Positions 1-8,151 of a stretch of DNA of 64,000 nucleotides are shown one piece after another (position 1 is the first letter of the stretch; each line of letters begins with the position of its first letter). The translations under genes and the position numbers were made by a program. The stretch covers positions 5,090 to 69,089 of the forward strand of contig CAYSFW010000047.1 of assembly GCA_964430355.1 (NCBI GenBank), given 5' to 3'. This stretch comes from an uncultured Thiotrichales bacterium. Lineage in GTDB: Bacteria > Pseudomonadota > Gammaproteobacteria > UWMA-0217. The notes below the pieces were generated by a model. The model had not been told where the DNA came from, searched no databases, and was given only the letters and a program-made list of their open reading frames with translations.

Positions 1-13
1 GCGCGGCCTGCTG

Positions 14-1090
14 TTGTCGGTGACGCTCGGTGCGACGCTCACGCTGGGACTCACGCTTACCTTCGTGAAGGACGCGCTCCTCGCGCAGTGGCAGCGGCAA
101 ATCCCGCCCGAGGCACCCAACCATTTCCTGATCAACATCCAGCCGGGGGAGACGACGGCCCTGCGTGCGTTTCTGCAGGCGCGGGGCATTGACGACTTCG
201 AGCTCTATCCCATGGCGCGTGGCCGGCTGATCGAGCACAACGGCCGCAGCATCGCCCCCGGTGATTTCGAGAATCCCCGGGCGCAGCGCCTGGTCGATCG
301 CGAGTTCAACCTGTCGGCCAGTGCTGCCCTGCCTGCCGACAACCGGATCGTGGCCGGCGCGTGGTTTTCGGGGTCTGCGGACTCGGGTTTCTCGGTGGAA
401 CGAGGCATCGCCGACACGCTCGGGCTTGCCTTGGGCGACGAGCTCGTATTCGAGGTGGGCGGGGAGATCGTGCGCGACCGCATTACCAGTTTGCGCCAGG
501 TGCATTGGGAGAGCCTGCGGCCCAACTTTTTCGTGTTCCTTGCGCCGCATGCGCTCGACGAGTTGCCGCGCACATTCATCACCAGCGTGTACTTGCCCGG
601 GGTGCAGGGCGGAATCGTTGCGGAGCTGGTCCAGCGCTTCCCGGCCGTGACCGCGATCGACGTGCGGGCGGTGCTTGTGCAGGTCCGACGGGTGCTCGAC
701 GCCGGTGGGGCCATGATCCTCGTCGTGTTCGGCCTAACCGTGGCTGCGGCCCTCGCCGTGCTCCTTGTGCTCCTGCTGGCGCAGCGTGAGGAGCGTACAC
801 AGGAGCTCGCTGTGTGCAAGGCGTTGGGCGCGACCACAAGCCGGCTCCGTGCCCGGCTCGCGCTGGAGTTTGCCTGGCTTGGCGCCGTAACGGGCATGAG
901 CTCCGGTCTGATCGCCGAGACGCTCACCTGGGCGCTGATGCGACGATTGTTCGAAGTCGACTACGTGCCGCACGCATGGCCGCTGGCGCTGGGTGTGGCT
1001 GCGGCGTGGACGGCCTTGGGCATTGGGGTGTGGCTCGTATTGCGCGGCATCGTCAGCGCCTCACCGACTCGCCTGTTTCGCCATCTGTGA
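14..1090 (+). CDS. ABC transporter permease, FtsX-fold C-terminal domain (YbbP/MacB-type); 5' end lies upstream of the window
   Basis: The C-terminal 358 aa have three or four hydrophobic helices preceded by a soluble domain, which is the FtsX/MacB-permease architecture. The open frame reaches the window edge. Confidence 0.65.
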   Translation: MSVTLGATLTLGLTLTFVKDALLAQWQRQIPPEAPNHFLINIQPGETTALRAFLQARGIDDFELYPMARGRLIEHNGRSIAPGDFENPRAQRLVDREFNLSASAALPADNRIVAGAWFSGSADSGFSVERGIADTLGLALGDELVFEVGGEIVRDRITSLRQVHWESLRPNFFVFLAPHALDELPRTFITSVYLPGVQGGIVAELVQRFPAVTAIDVRAVLVQVRRVLDAGGAMILVVFGLTVAAALAVLLVLLLAQREERTQELAVCKALGATTSRLRARLALEFAWLGAVTGMSSGLIAETLTWALMRRLFEVDYVPHAWPLALGVAAAWTALGIGVWLVLRGIVSASPTRLFRHL

Positions 1091-1166
1091 GCCCGAGGTA
1101 GGTGCCAACCACCAACCCCCGCCCCCACGTAGGAGGGCGAGGATTTGCGGTCAACCACTTGGGCTC

Positions 1167-1568
1167 TCAGTCTTTCCAGGTGAGGATTACGCGCGTGGGC
1201 GCACCCTTTTTCACTTGCACGACCTGCTGTTTGCGTACCGTGTCGCGGGTGGCCTCGACGCGATAGGTGCCGGCGGGCAGCCGTGCGTAGACCAGCGGTC
1301 CGGTGTGCTCCAGGTTCAGCACGGTCTTGCCGGCCTGGTTGCGGATCCTGACGTTGACGTCAGCAAAATAGGCGCCGTCCCTCGCGCGCGCAAACTCGAG
1401 CCGCAGGTTGTACTTGCCCGCCTGGGCCTGCATCTCGGCTCGCTCGGTGAGACCGACGCCGCCGCTCAGATGGGGTACGCCAGCCGCCAACGTCAGAGTC
1501 GGCGCCACGGCGAGGGCGCTCATAAACAGACCGCTTGCGAGAACACGAGTCAGTTTGGACGATTTCAT
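1167..1568 (-). CDS. secreted hypothetical protein
   Basis: N-terminus MKSSKLTRVLASGLFMSALAVAPTLTLAAG is a Sec signal peptide. A GAGGAGAT Shine-Dalgarno sits 5-8 nt upstream of the ATG at 1566-1568. No recognisable family. Confidence 0.5.
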   Translation of the reverse strand: MKSSKLTRVLASGLFMSALAVAPTLTLAAGVPHLSGGVGLTERAEMQAQAGKYNLRLEFARARDGAYFADVNVRIRNQAGKTVLNLEHTGPLVYARLPAGTYRVEATRDTVRKQQVVQVKKGAPTRVILTWKD

Positions 1569-1706
1569 TCTTAATCTCCTCATCAAAGAGCGCCTTTGGC
1601 AGACTGCCGATCGCCTCGGGCGCCCGGATTAACTGGACCAACAAAGCTCTTTTCTCACGCAACTGAATATGGGACGGGGTTCACGGTGTTTCAAGGCAAA
1701 CCGGCC

Positions 1707-2573
1707 ATGGCAAGGTTCGTGAGCCGTGAACGGAGCTGGCCGCGGCGCTGGGGGTACCTCACGAGTGCCGTGTTGACGGTGCAGCTGCTGGGCTGTGTCA
1801 GCGTCCATGTTCACAACGACGACCACGCGCGTCGCCACGGCTTCGAGCGTGTCGAAGTGCGGGGTGAGGGCTTCGCGCATGTGGCTTACGTCAAGATGGC
1901 CGGGACGGGCGATGTGTGGCATGTGTACCTGGAGGGTGACGGGTTACCCTGGACTGCGCGGGTGTTTATCAGCCCGGACCCCGCCGTGCGTGAGCCACTC
2001 ATGCTCCAGCGGATGACCGAGGACCCGGCGCCGGTCATCTACTTGGGCAGACCGTGCTACCACGGCACGGAACAGGCCGAAGGCTGTGAGCCGTGGGTCT
2101 GGACCAGCGGGCGACATGCTGAGGCCGTCGTGGCAAGCCAGGTCGCGGCGCTGCGCCGCTTGATCGCGCGCTACGCGATCCGGCAGGTTTCGCTGATCGG
2201 CCATAGCGGCGGAGGCGCGTTCGCCATGCTGATGGCGCCGCGCGAGCTCCCCGTCGTGGCCGTGATGACCGTTGCCGGCAATCTCGACCTCGCCGCCTGG
2301 ACGCGCCTGCATGACTACTCACCCCTGACCGGTTCGCTCGATCCAGCAGCGGAGCCGCCGTTGCCAACTCACATTGCCCAGCTGCATTTCGCGGGTGCCG
2401 GGGATGAGAACGTACCCCCTCGGCTGGTCGCGCCCGTGGTTCAGCGGCAGTCCTGCGCCCAATGGACCGTGTTCGACGGCGTGACGCACGTGGATGGCTG
2501 GGCTGCCCATTGGCCCGCGATGCTCGCGGCGTTACGCAGGGCAGAAGCTCAGGGAGGCTGTGCAAGCCGGTGA
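1707..2573 (+). CDS. alpha/beta-hydrolase-fold lipoprotein (GHSGG nucleophile elbow)
   Basis: Start MARFVSRERSWPRRWGYLTSAVLTVQLLGC carries an LLGC lipobox. GHSGGGA is a GxSxG serine-hydrolase motif, and downstream Asp/His candidates are present. Confidence 0.6.
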   Translation: MARFVSRERSWPRRWGYLTSAVLTVQLLGCVSVHVHNDDHARRHGFERVEVRGEGFAHVAYVKMAGTGDVWHVYLEGDGLPWTARVFISPDPAVREPLMLQRMTEDPAPVIYLGRPCYHGTEQAEGCEPWVWTSGRHAEAVVASQVAALRRLIARYAIRQVSLIGHSGGGAFAMLMAPRELPVVAVMTVAGNLDLAAWTRLHDYSPLTGSLDPAAEPPLPTHIAQLHFAGAGDENVPPRLVAPVVQRQSCAQWTVFDGVTHVDGWAAHWPAMLAALRRAEAQGGCASR

Positions 2574-2624
2574 GGCGAGGTCAAGTGTGGCTGGCACGAA
2601 GTGCCGCGATCATCCCATGCGCGC

Positions 2625-3338
2625 TCAATCGAAACGCAGGATGGGCTCCGATTTTTCGTAGACTTGGGTAATCCGGGTGCCGTCCCAGACGTAAACGAGA
2701 TGTGGCCCTTGTGTAGGCAGCGTGACGGCCGGGGGGCGGAAGGCGGCGACACAGCGACCACCTTCATGACGCACGCTGCGGTAGTAAAGCCCCCAGGAGC
2801 CCGTGGCGCGCAATGCCTTGCCAAACGCCTGGGCAACCGGGTGATCGCGCGGATCCGGCGCGGGGTCATGCAAACTGGCGTAACGCGCCGGGCGCAGGTC
2901 ATGCAAAGGCTGCTGCACGTGCCCCACCCATGCGCGCAGGGAGAATTCCGTGGCGCTCAGCGCGGCAAGGCGGGCGACGCGTTCCCGATGGTGGACGGTT
3001 TCCCGGATTGCGGTTTCCAGACTAAAACCAGCGTAGTAGACGCCGTAGCTGCCGTCGCTGAAGCGGGATGGCCAGCCAATGTGGGTGAACGGGGCCATGA
3101 CGATGCTCGCACCGGGACCGGTGACGCGGTCGGCTTCGGCGACGCGCCGCAAGTCGCCGGTTTCCTCGAGCAGCCGCGGGTTGGTTCGCGCCTCGAGTTC
3201 CCACACGGCCCCAAGCAGCTCTGGCGGGACGTGACGCTCGAAGAAATCGATCGGTGGATAGCGCGTGGCGATGATGCGGTAGTGCTTGCCGCGAGGTTGG
3301 ACCACGCCGGGCGGCGGCAGTGTGGCCGAATCGGACAT
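2625..3338 (-). CDS. RES-domain toxin (MbcT/ParT-like NAD-targeting toxin)
   Basis: Conserved Arg/Glu/Ser-containing RES core (R..YY.G....E..H...R....S) over about 235 aa. It lies 9 bp downstream of the Xre-like partner on the same strand. Confidence 0.8.
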   Translation of the reverse strand: MSDSATLPPPGVVQPRGKHYRIIATRYPPIDFFERHVPPELLGAVWELEARTNPRLLEETGDLRRVAEADRVTGPGASIVMAPFTHIGWPSRFSDGSYGVYYAGFSLETAIRETVHHRERVARLAALSATEFSLRAWVGHVQQPLHDLRPARYASLHDPAPDPRDHPVAQAFGKALRATGSWGLYYRSVRHEGGRCVAAFRPPAVTLPTQGPHLVYVWDGTRITQVYEKSEPILRFD

Positions 3339-3347
3339 CCCGACGTT

Positions 3348-3767
3348 TCAGCCGCGCGCGGCGTCAAGATAGCGGCGCACGTCCGCCAGCGCGATGAGCG
3401 AGCCGCTGGCGAGATGCTCGAGCGGCGAGCGGCCCTGGAACAAGGGTTCCTGGTTGGGGTGGTTCAACCACTCGCGTGCCGCCTGAGCCGGAAACAGGAT
3501 GTGCAGTGCCTTGTAGATGCCAAGCACGTAGCTGATGCGGTCCAGCGTATCGCGCGAAAGCTGGCCGGTCTTGGTCTTTTTCCACTTGAAAAACGTGGAG
3601 CGGCCGGGCTCACCCAGCAGGGCGCGCTGCTGTTCGGCATCGAGCCCCCACTCCTCAGCAATGGAGAAGAACGCGGTGAGACCCGCGGCAGCAAGCTGCG
3701 CTTCGGTGTTGCGCGGCGACTGGGCAACTTCGTACACGGCCCGGTGATCGGCGACTTGCAGGGTCAT
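3348..3767 (-). CDS. Xre-like antitoxin with DUF2384 (MbcA/ParS-type) toxin-binding domain
   Basis: About 140 aa helical protein immediately upstream of the RES toxin. The C-terminal region is typical of RES-cognate antitoxins. The start is taken at the internal ATG (3765-3767), which has a GGGA about 10 nt upstream. The listed ORF reaches 3800. Confidence 0.7.
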   Translation of the reverse strand: MTLQVADHRAVYEVAQSPRNTEAQLAAAGLTAFFSIAEEWGLDAEQQRALLGEPGRSTFFKWKKTKTGQLSRDTLDRISYVLGIYKALHILFPAQAAREWLNHPNQEPLFQGRSPLEHLASGSLIALADVRRYLDAARG

Positions 3768-3858
3768 ACATCTTTGTCCCGAAACATACTTTGTATGCAA
3801 TTTAGTTCAAAACTGAACTCAAGTCGCCGTCCTGTCAAGTAACCCGTGCGTAAACACT

Positions 3859-4287
3859 TTGTTGACGGAGCAGGTCATGCCAGCGTCATGTGGACCCGGA
3901 ATCCATCTCAAATCCCCAGCACCCAGGCCAGCGACGCCCGCCATCTTGCAGGATGAGGTGACGGATGTTCGCGACGACGAGGCTGCCATCACCTGCGCGG
4001 CATGCGGTCAGCGGGTCACCTCGCCGCGCTCGCGGACCTCGGTATCGGGTGCGCACGCGCATTCATTCATGAACCCGCATGGCCTGAGTTTCCACATTGG
4101 CTGCTATCGTGAGGCGCCGGGGGTGTGTCCCGTCGGCGTCTGGACGAACGAGCACACCTGGTTTTCGGGTTACGCCTGGCGCGTCGTGCTGTGCACAGGC
4201 TGCGGGGCACACCTCGGCTGGGTCTACCAGCGCGAGGGTGCGGACCGGTTCTACGGGCTGATTGTGGGCCGCTTGCGGCAGGGGTAG
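3859..4287 (+). CDS. CULT-domain (cereblon/Lon-N-terminal-like, thalidomide-binding fold) zinc-binding protein
   Basis: Two CxxC pairs (CAAC ... CTGC). A Trp cluster WTNEHTWFSGYAW ... HLGWVY matches the tri-Trp cage of bacterial cereblon isoforms. The protein is about 140 aa. Confidence 0.6.
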   Translation: MLTEQVMPASCGPGIHLKSPAPRPATPAILQDEVTDVRDDEAAITCAACGQRVTSPRSRTSVSGAHAHSFMNPHGLSFHIGCYREAPGVCPVGVWTNEHTWFSGYAWRVVLCTGCGAHLGWVYQREGADRFYGLIVGRLRQG

Positions 4288-4307
4288 GGCGGGTGGGGTG
4301 CCCGCCC
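4287..4307. terminator. GC hairpin (GGGCGGG-tggggtg-CCCGCCC) between the convergent CULT gene and proS; likely bidirectional terminator
   Basis: Perfect 7-bp stem with a 7-nt loop in the 27-bp gap between two convergent stop codons. Confidence 0.4.
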
Positions 4308-4314
4308 GGTACAG

Positions 4315-6033
4315 CTAGTTGTTGAGGGCGGCGTCCAGCTTTCCCTTGAGGAACGCGACGATCCCCTCGATCGGGAGATTTTGCGATTCGGTGTCGCGGC
4401 GGCCACGGTATTCGATCTCGCCGGAATCCAGCCCGCGCTCGGAGAACACCAGCCGGTGCGGGATGCCGAGCAGTTCGAGGTCAGCAAACATCACGCCGGG
4501 ACGCGCACCGCGATCGTCGAGGATCACCGAGATGTCGGCAGCCTTGAGCCTTGCGTAGAGCTGCTCGACCGCTTCGCGCAGGCGCTGCGACTTGTGCAGG
4601 TTGATCGGTGCGATGGCCACGGTGAACGGTGCGATGGCCTCGGGCCAGATGATCCCGTTGGCGTCGTGATTTTGCTCGATCGCTGCGGCGACCACGCGCG
4701 AGACGCCGATCCCATAGCAGCCCATGGTGAGCGTGACGGCCTTGCCGTTTTCGTCGAGCACCTGGGTCTTCATCGCCTCGCTGTACCGCTTGCCGAGCTG
4801 GAAGATGTGCCCGACTTCGATGCCGCGCGCGATGCCAAGACTGCCCTTGCCATCCGGGCTCGGGTCGCCGGGCACGACGTTGCGCAGATCCGCGCCCAGC
4901 GGGGCGGGGAAGTCGCGACCCCAGTTTGCGCCTGTGTAATGGAAGCCCTCCTCGTTGGCGCCGCACACGAAATCGGACAGGGCGAGCGCGGCGTAGTCGG
5001 CGTAGACGGGTACACTCAGCCCGATCGGACCCAGCGAGCCGGGTTTGCAGCCGACCGCGGCGAGCACTTCGGCCTCACCGGCCATTTGCAGCGGCTCGGC
5101 AACCTCGGCGAGCTTGGCGGCCTTGATCGCGTTGAGTTCATGATCGCCGCGCAGCACGATCGCGACCACGGTGTGCGGTTCGCGCCCACGCACGAACAGG
5201 GTCTTCAGACACTGCTGCGGAGTGACGCCGAGGAAGGCGGCCACCTCCGCGATGCTCTCCTTACCGAGGGTAGACACCTTGGTCAGCGCCTGCGTGGGCG
5301 GGGCGGGCGGCGGGCAGGGCAGGGTCTCCGCGAGTTCGACGTTGGCTGCGTAGTCGCTCGCATCCGAAAAGGCGATCGCGTCCTCACCGGAGTCCGCAAG
5401 CACGTGAAATTCGTGCGAGGCGCTGCCGCCGATGGCGCCCGTGTCGGCGCGCACCGCGCGAAACTTGAGCCCGAGCCGCGTGAAGATGCGGCTGTAGGTC
5501 TTGTACATTAGGTCGTAGGTCTGCTGGAGCGAGGCCTGATCCATGTGGAAGGAATAAGCGTCTTTCATCAGGAACTCGCGCGCGCGCATCACGCCGAAGC
5601 GGGGCCGGATTTCGTCGCGGAACTTGATCTGGATCTGGTAGAGGTTGATCGGCAGGTCCTTGTAGCTGCGGATCTCGCGGCGCGCGATGTCGGTGATGAC
5701 CTCCTCGTGCGTCGGTCCGTAACAGAATTCACGGTCGTGGCGGTCGTGGATGCGCAGCAGTTCCGGGCCATATTTCTCCCAGCGGCCGGATTCCTGCCAC
5801 AGCTCGGCGGGTTGCACGGTGGGCATCAACAGTTCGATCGCACCGCTGCGGTCCATCTCCTCGCGCACCACGCGCTCGACGTTGCGCAGCACGCGCAGGC
5901 CCCACGGCATCCACGTATACAGGCCGGCGGCGAGCTTGCGGATCAGGCCGGCGCGCAGCATGAGCTGGTGGCTGATGACCTCGGCGTCGGAGGGGGTTTC
6001 CTTCAGGGTGCTCAGGGGGAACTGCGAAATGCG
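4315..6033 (-). CDS. proS: proline--tRNA ligase
   Basis: 572 aa with class II aaRS motifs and a full-length match to bacterial ProRS ([15 protein letters not shown]... through the C-terminal anticodon-binding domain). The start is taken at MRISQ. Confidence 0.95.
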   Translation of the reverse strand, partial: RISQFPLSTLKETPSDAEVISHQLMLRAGLIRKLAAGLYTWMPWGLRVLRNVERVVREEMDRSGAIELLMPTVQPAELWQESGRWEKYGPELLRIHDRHDREFCYGPTHEEVITDIARREIRSYKDLPINLYQIQIKFRDEIRPRFGVMRAREFLMKDAYSFHMDQASLQQTYDLMYKTYSRIFTRLGLKFRAVRADTGAIGGSASHEFHVLADSGEDAIAFSDASDYAANVELAETLPCPPPAPPTQALTKVSTLGKESIAEVAAFLGVTPQQCLKTLFVRGREPHTVVAIVLRGDHELNAIKAAKLAEVAEPLQMAGEAEVLAAVGCKPGSLGPIGLSVPVYADYAALALSDFVCGANEEGFHYTGANWGRDFPAPLGADLRNVVPGDPSPDGKGSLGIARGIEVGHIFQLGKRYSEAMKTQVLDENGKAVTLTMGCYGIGVSRVVAAAIEQNHDANGIIWPEAIAPFTVAIAPINLHKSQRLREAVEQLYARLKAADISVILDDRGARPGVMFADLELLGIPHRLVFSERGLDSGEIEYRGRRDTESQNLPIEGIVAFLKGKLDAALNN

Positions 6034-6132
6034 CATGCGTTGCGGGCTCCAGGCGGTTTCCGGATGGCAGTGTCGAACGGGTCTCGGCGCGTGTGGATAC
6101 ACCGCGCCGTTCCGGGGGCGGCTAGCTTATGC

Positions 6133-6480
6133 TCAAAAAGTGCCCGAATTCCATCCCCACAGGCCAGCCTCGGCTCGGGAGAACTCGATGTAGGTTCGCT
6201 GGGGCACGATGCCGAAGTGGCGCTCCACCAGGCGGCACAAGGTGGCGGAATAGCGCCCGGCCTCCGCTTCGGGCAGGCCGATACTTTTCAGTTCAAGGTA
6301 GGCGCACGGCTCCGAAGTGCCGGCGAAGATCAGGAGCGGCTCTTGCATGAAGCGCACCATCACGTAGCGCTCCGGTTTGCCCAACATCTGCGCGACGGCG
6401 CGCGAAAAATCCCGCAGCACCTCATCGGTGGCCGCCGGGTTCGCTGGGGCGTGATTGGTCGAGATGGACAGGACAGGCAT
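6133..6480 (-). CDS. MIF/tautomerase-superfamily protein (Pro-1 enzyme)
   Basis: 115 aa beginning MPVLSIST. Met-Pro start, length and pattern resemble macrophage migration inhibitory factor / phenylpyruvate tautomerase family proteins. Confidence 0.6.
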   Translation of the reverse strand: MPVLSISTNHAPANPAATDEVLRDFSRAVAQMLGKPERYVMVRFMQEPLLIFAGTSEPCAYLELKSIGLPEAEAGRYSATLCRLVERHFGIVPQRTYIEFSRAEAGLWGWNSGTF

Positions 6481-6488
6481 GGCGGAAC

Positions 6489-6938
6489 CTACTCGGGATC
6501 GCAGTAATCCTTGATCATTTGCCGCTGGCGTTCGATGTTCTGCAGGCGCTCGTCCTCACCGATCACGCGGTAGGTTTCACCATCCTTGACGCGGATGCGG
6601 CGGTTCGTTTCCAGCACCGAGAGGTTTTCCTGAGCGCGCCTGCAGTTCTCCTGGCGGATCCGGGCCGTTTCATCCGCATCAGCGGCGGGTGACTTGCCGC
6701 TTGCATCTGCTGGTCCAGTCCCGCTCGCTGCCGGTGCGGACGCCGTTGGCGGCGCGGGCGCACGCGGTTTCGGAACGTTGACCTCTTGCGCGGATTTGCC
6801 GCTCGGCGGCAATTGCGTGTAGTGCGTCACACCGTGTTCGTCGACCCATTTGTACGGTGCCGCCATCACCAGCAGCGGTGCGCAGGCGAGCAGGGCGAGC
6901 GCCACGCGGCGAAGGGGTTTCGTGTGCATGCAATTCAA
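6489..6938 (-). CDS. DUF4124 domain secreted protein
   Basis: A signal peptide is followed by the AAPYKWVDEHGVTHYTQLPP motif characteristic of DUF4124. The C-terminal half is Pro/Ala-rich. Confidence 0.7.
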   Translation of the reverse strand: MNCMHTKPLRRVALALLACAPLLVMAAPYKWVDEHGVTHYTQLPPSGKSAQEVNVPKPRAPAPPTASAPAASGTGPADASGKSPAADADETARIRQENCRRAQENLSVLETNRRIRVKDGETYRVIGEDERLQNIERQRQMIKDYCDPE

Positions 6939-7031
6939 GTGTCATCAACCATTTGGACTTTGTTTATTCTATGCGAACGGGCATCTGTTGCGCACAGTCC
7001 GGGGGCGCGGCCACAGTTAGTTGCAATCAGT

Positions 7032-7051
7032 ATATTAGCGATCGCTAATAT
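7032..7051. promoter_or_regulatory. perfect 20-bp palindrome ATATTAGCGATCGCTAATAT in the divergent promoter region upstream of the RND efflux operon; candidate repressor operator
   Basis: Read directly from sequence. It ends 29 nt upstream of the adaptor gene's ATG at 7081 in an otherwise GC-rich genome. Confidence 0.5.
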
Positions 7052-7080
7052 TCTCTGTTATGCTTAGGAAAAATTTTTCG

Positions 7081-8151
7081 ATGGAGCTAAGTTTCATGAG
7101 ACATTTCATTGTGTTAGCGGGCCTTTTGGGGCTCTCCGCGAGTGCCTGGGCCGAAGCCACGCTGCCGTTTTCCACGGCTGCCGTGGTGCGCGAGGTGGTG
7201 CCGCAGGAGCGGGTGCTCGATGGGAGTGTCGAAGCTGTGAACCAGACCACAGTTTCGGCGCAGACCTCCGGCGAGGTGGCCGAGATCCTGTACGACGTGG
7301 ATGATTTCGTCAAAAAGGACGCGGTCATCATCAAGCTCAAAGGGGTCAAGCAGCAGGCCAGTGCCGCGGAGGCGCGGGCGGCGCTCGCCGAGGCGGAGGC
7401 GCGACTCAAGCAGGCCGAACAGGAGCATGACCGCATCAAGGAGATCTACGAGAAAAAGCTGGTCGCCAAGTCGCAGCTCGATGCGGCGGTCGCCGAACTC
7501 AACGCCGCCAGGGCCCGCGTGCAGTCTGCGCGTGCCTCGATCACAAAGGCATCCGAGCAACTCGAAAACACTTTGGTACGCGCTCCCTACAGCGGCATCG
7601 TCACCGAACGCTTCGTGGAGGTCGGCGAATTCGTCAACGTCGGCCAGAAGCTCATGAGTGGGGTGTCGCTGGAGAAGCTGCGCATCGAGGTCGAGGTGCC
7701 GCAGTCGCTGATCAAGCAGATCCGCAAATACAAGAAGGCGCGCGTGCTCACCGACGGGGATGGCGTCGCCAGTGTGCCGGTCTCGGGCCTGACGATCTTT
7801 CCGTACGCCGATCCCAACACCAACAGCTTCAAGGTGCGCGTGAACCTGAGCAAGGACAGCGAAAGCCTGTTCCCGGGCATGTTCGCGAAGGTGGCCTTTA
7901 CCACGGGCGAACAGGCGCAACTGGTGGTGCCGGACCGGGCGGTGGCCTACCGCAGCGAGGTCACAGGTGTGTACGTGGTGGAAGGCAATAATCAGGTCCG
8001 CTTCCGCCAGGTGCGTCTCGGCCAGAAGACCGCGGACGGACGCGTGGTGATCCTCGCGGGCCTGCAGGAAAACGAGCAGGTGGCGCTCGACCCGATCGCC
8101 GCCGGTATCTACCTGAAGCGCCAGTTCGCTGCTGCTGAGGAGAAGCATTGA
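7081..8151 (+). CDS. RND efflux periplasmic adaptor subunit (HlyD/AcrA family)
   Basis: Signal peptide, coiled-coil hairpin, lipoyl and beta-barrel segments. The stop overlaps the pump start (ATGA). AGGAAAAA lies upstream of the ATG at 7081. An alternative start is at 7096. Confidence 0.85.
   Translation: MELSFMRHFIVLAGLLGLSASAWAEATLPFSTAAVVREVVPQERVLDGSVEAVNQTTVSAQTSGEVAEILYDVDDFVKKDAVIIKLKGVKQQASAAEARAALAEAEARLKQAEQEHDRIKEIYEKKLVAKSQLDAAVAELNAARARVQSARASITKASEQLENTLVRAPYSGIVTERFVEVGEFVNVGQKLMSGVSLEKLRIEVEVPQSLIKQIRKYKKARVLTDGDGVASVPVSGLTIFPYADPNTNSFKVRVNLSKDSESLFPGMFAKVAFTTGEQAQLVVPDRAVAYRSEVTGVYVVEGNNQVRFRQVRLGQKTADGRVVILAGLQENEQVALDPIAAGIYLKRQFAAAEEKH

Noticed and set aside
2601-3842. 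413-aa ORF on the + strand
   Set aside because: It is exactly antisense to the RES toxin and Xre antitoxin genes, has a low-complexity Arg/Gly-rich translation and no domain signal. It is a GC-rich shadow ORF.
4381-5511. 376-aa ORF on the + strand
   Set aside because: Antisense to proS; its translation is Arg/Gly/Asp-rich junk.
7114-8148. 344-aa ORF on the - strand
   Set aside because: Fully antisense to the RND adaptor gene. The adaptor has clear family motifs, and the antisense frame has none.
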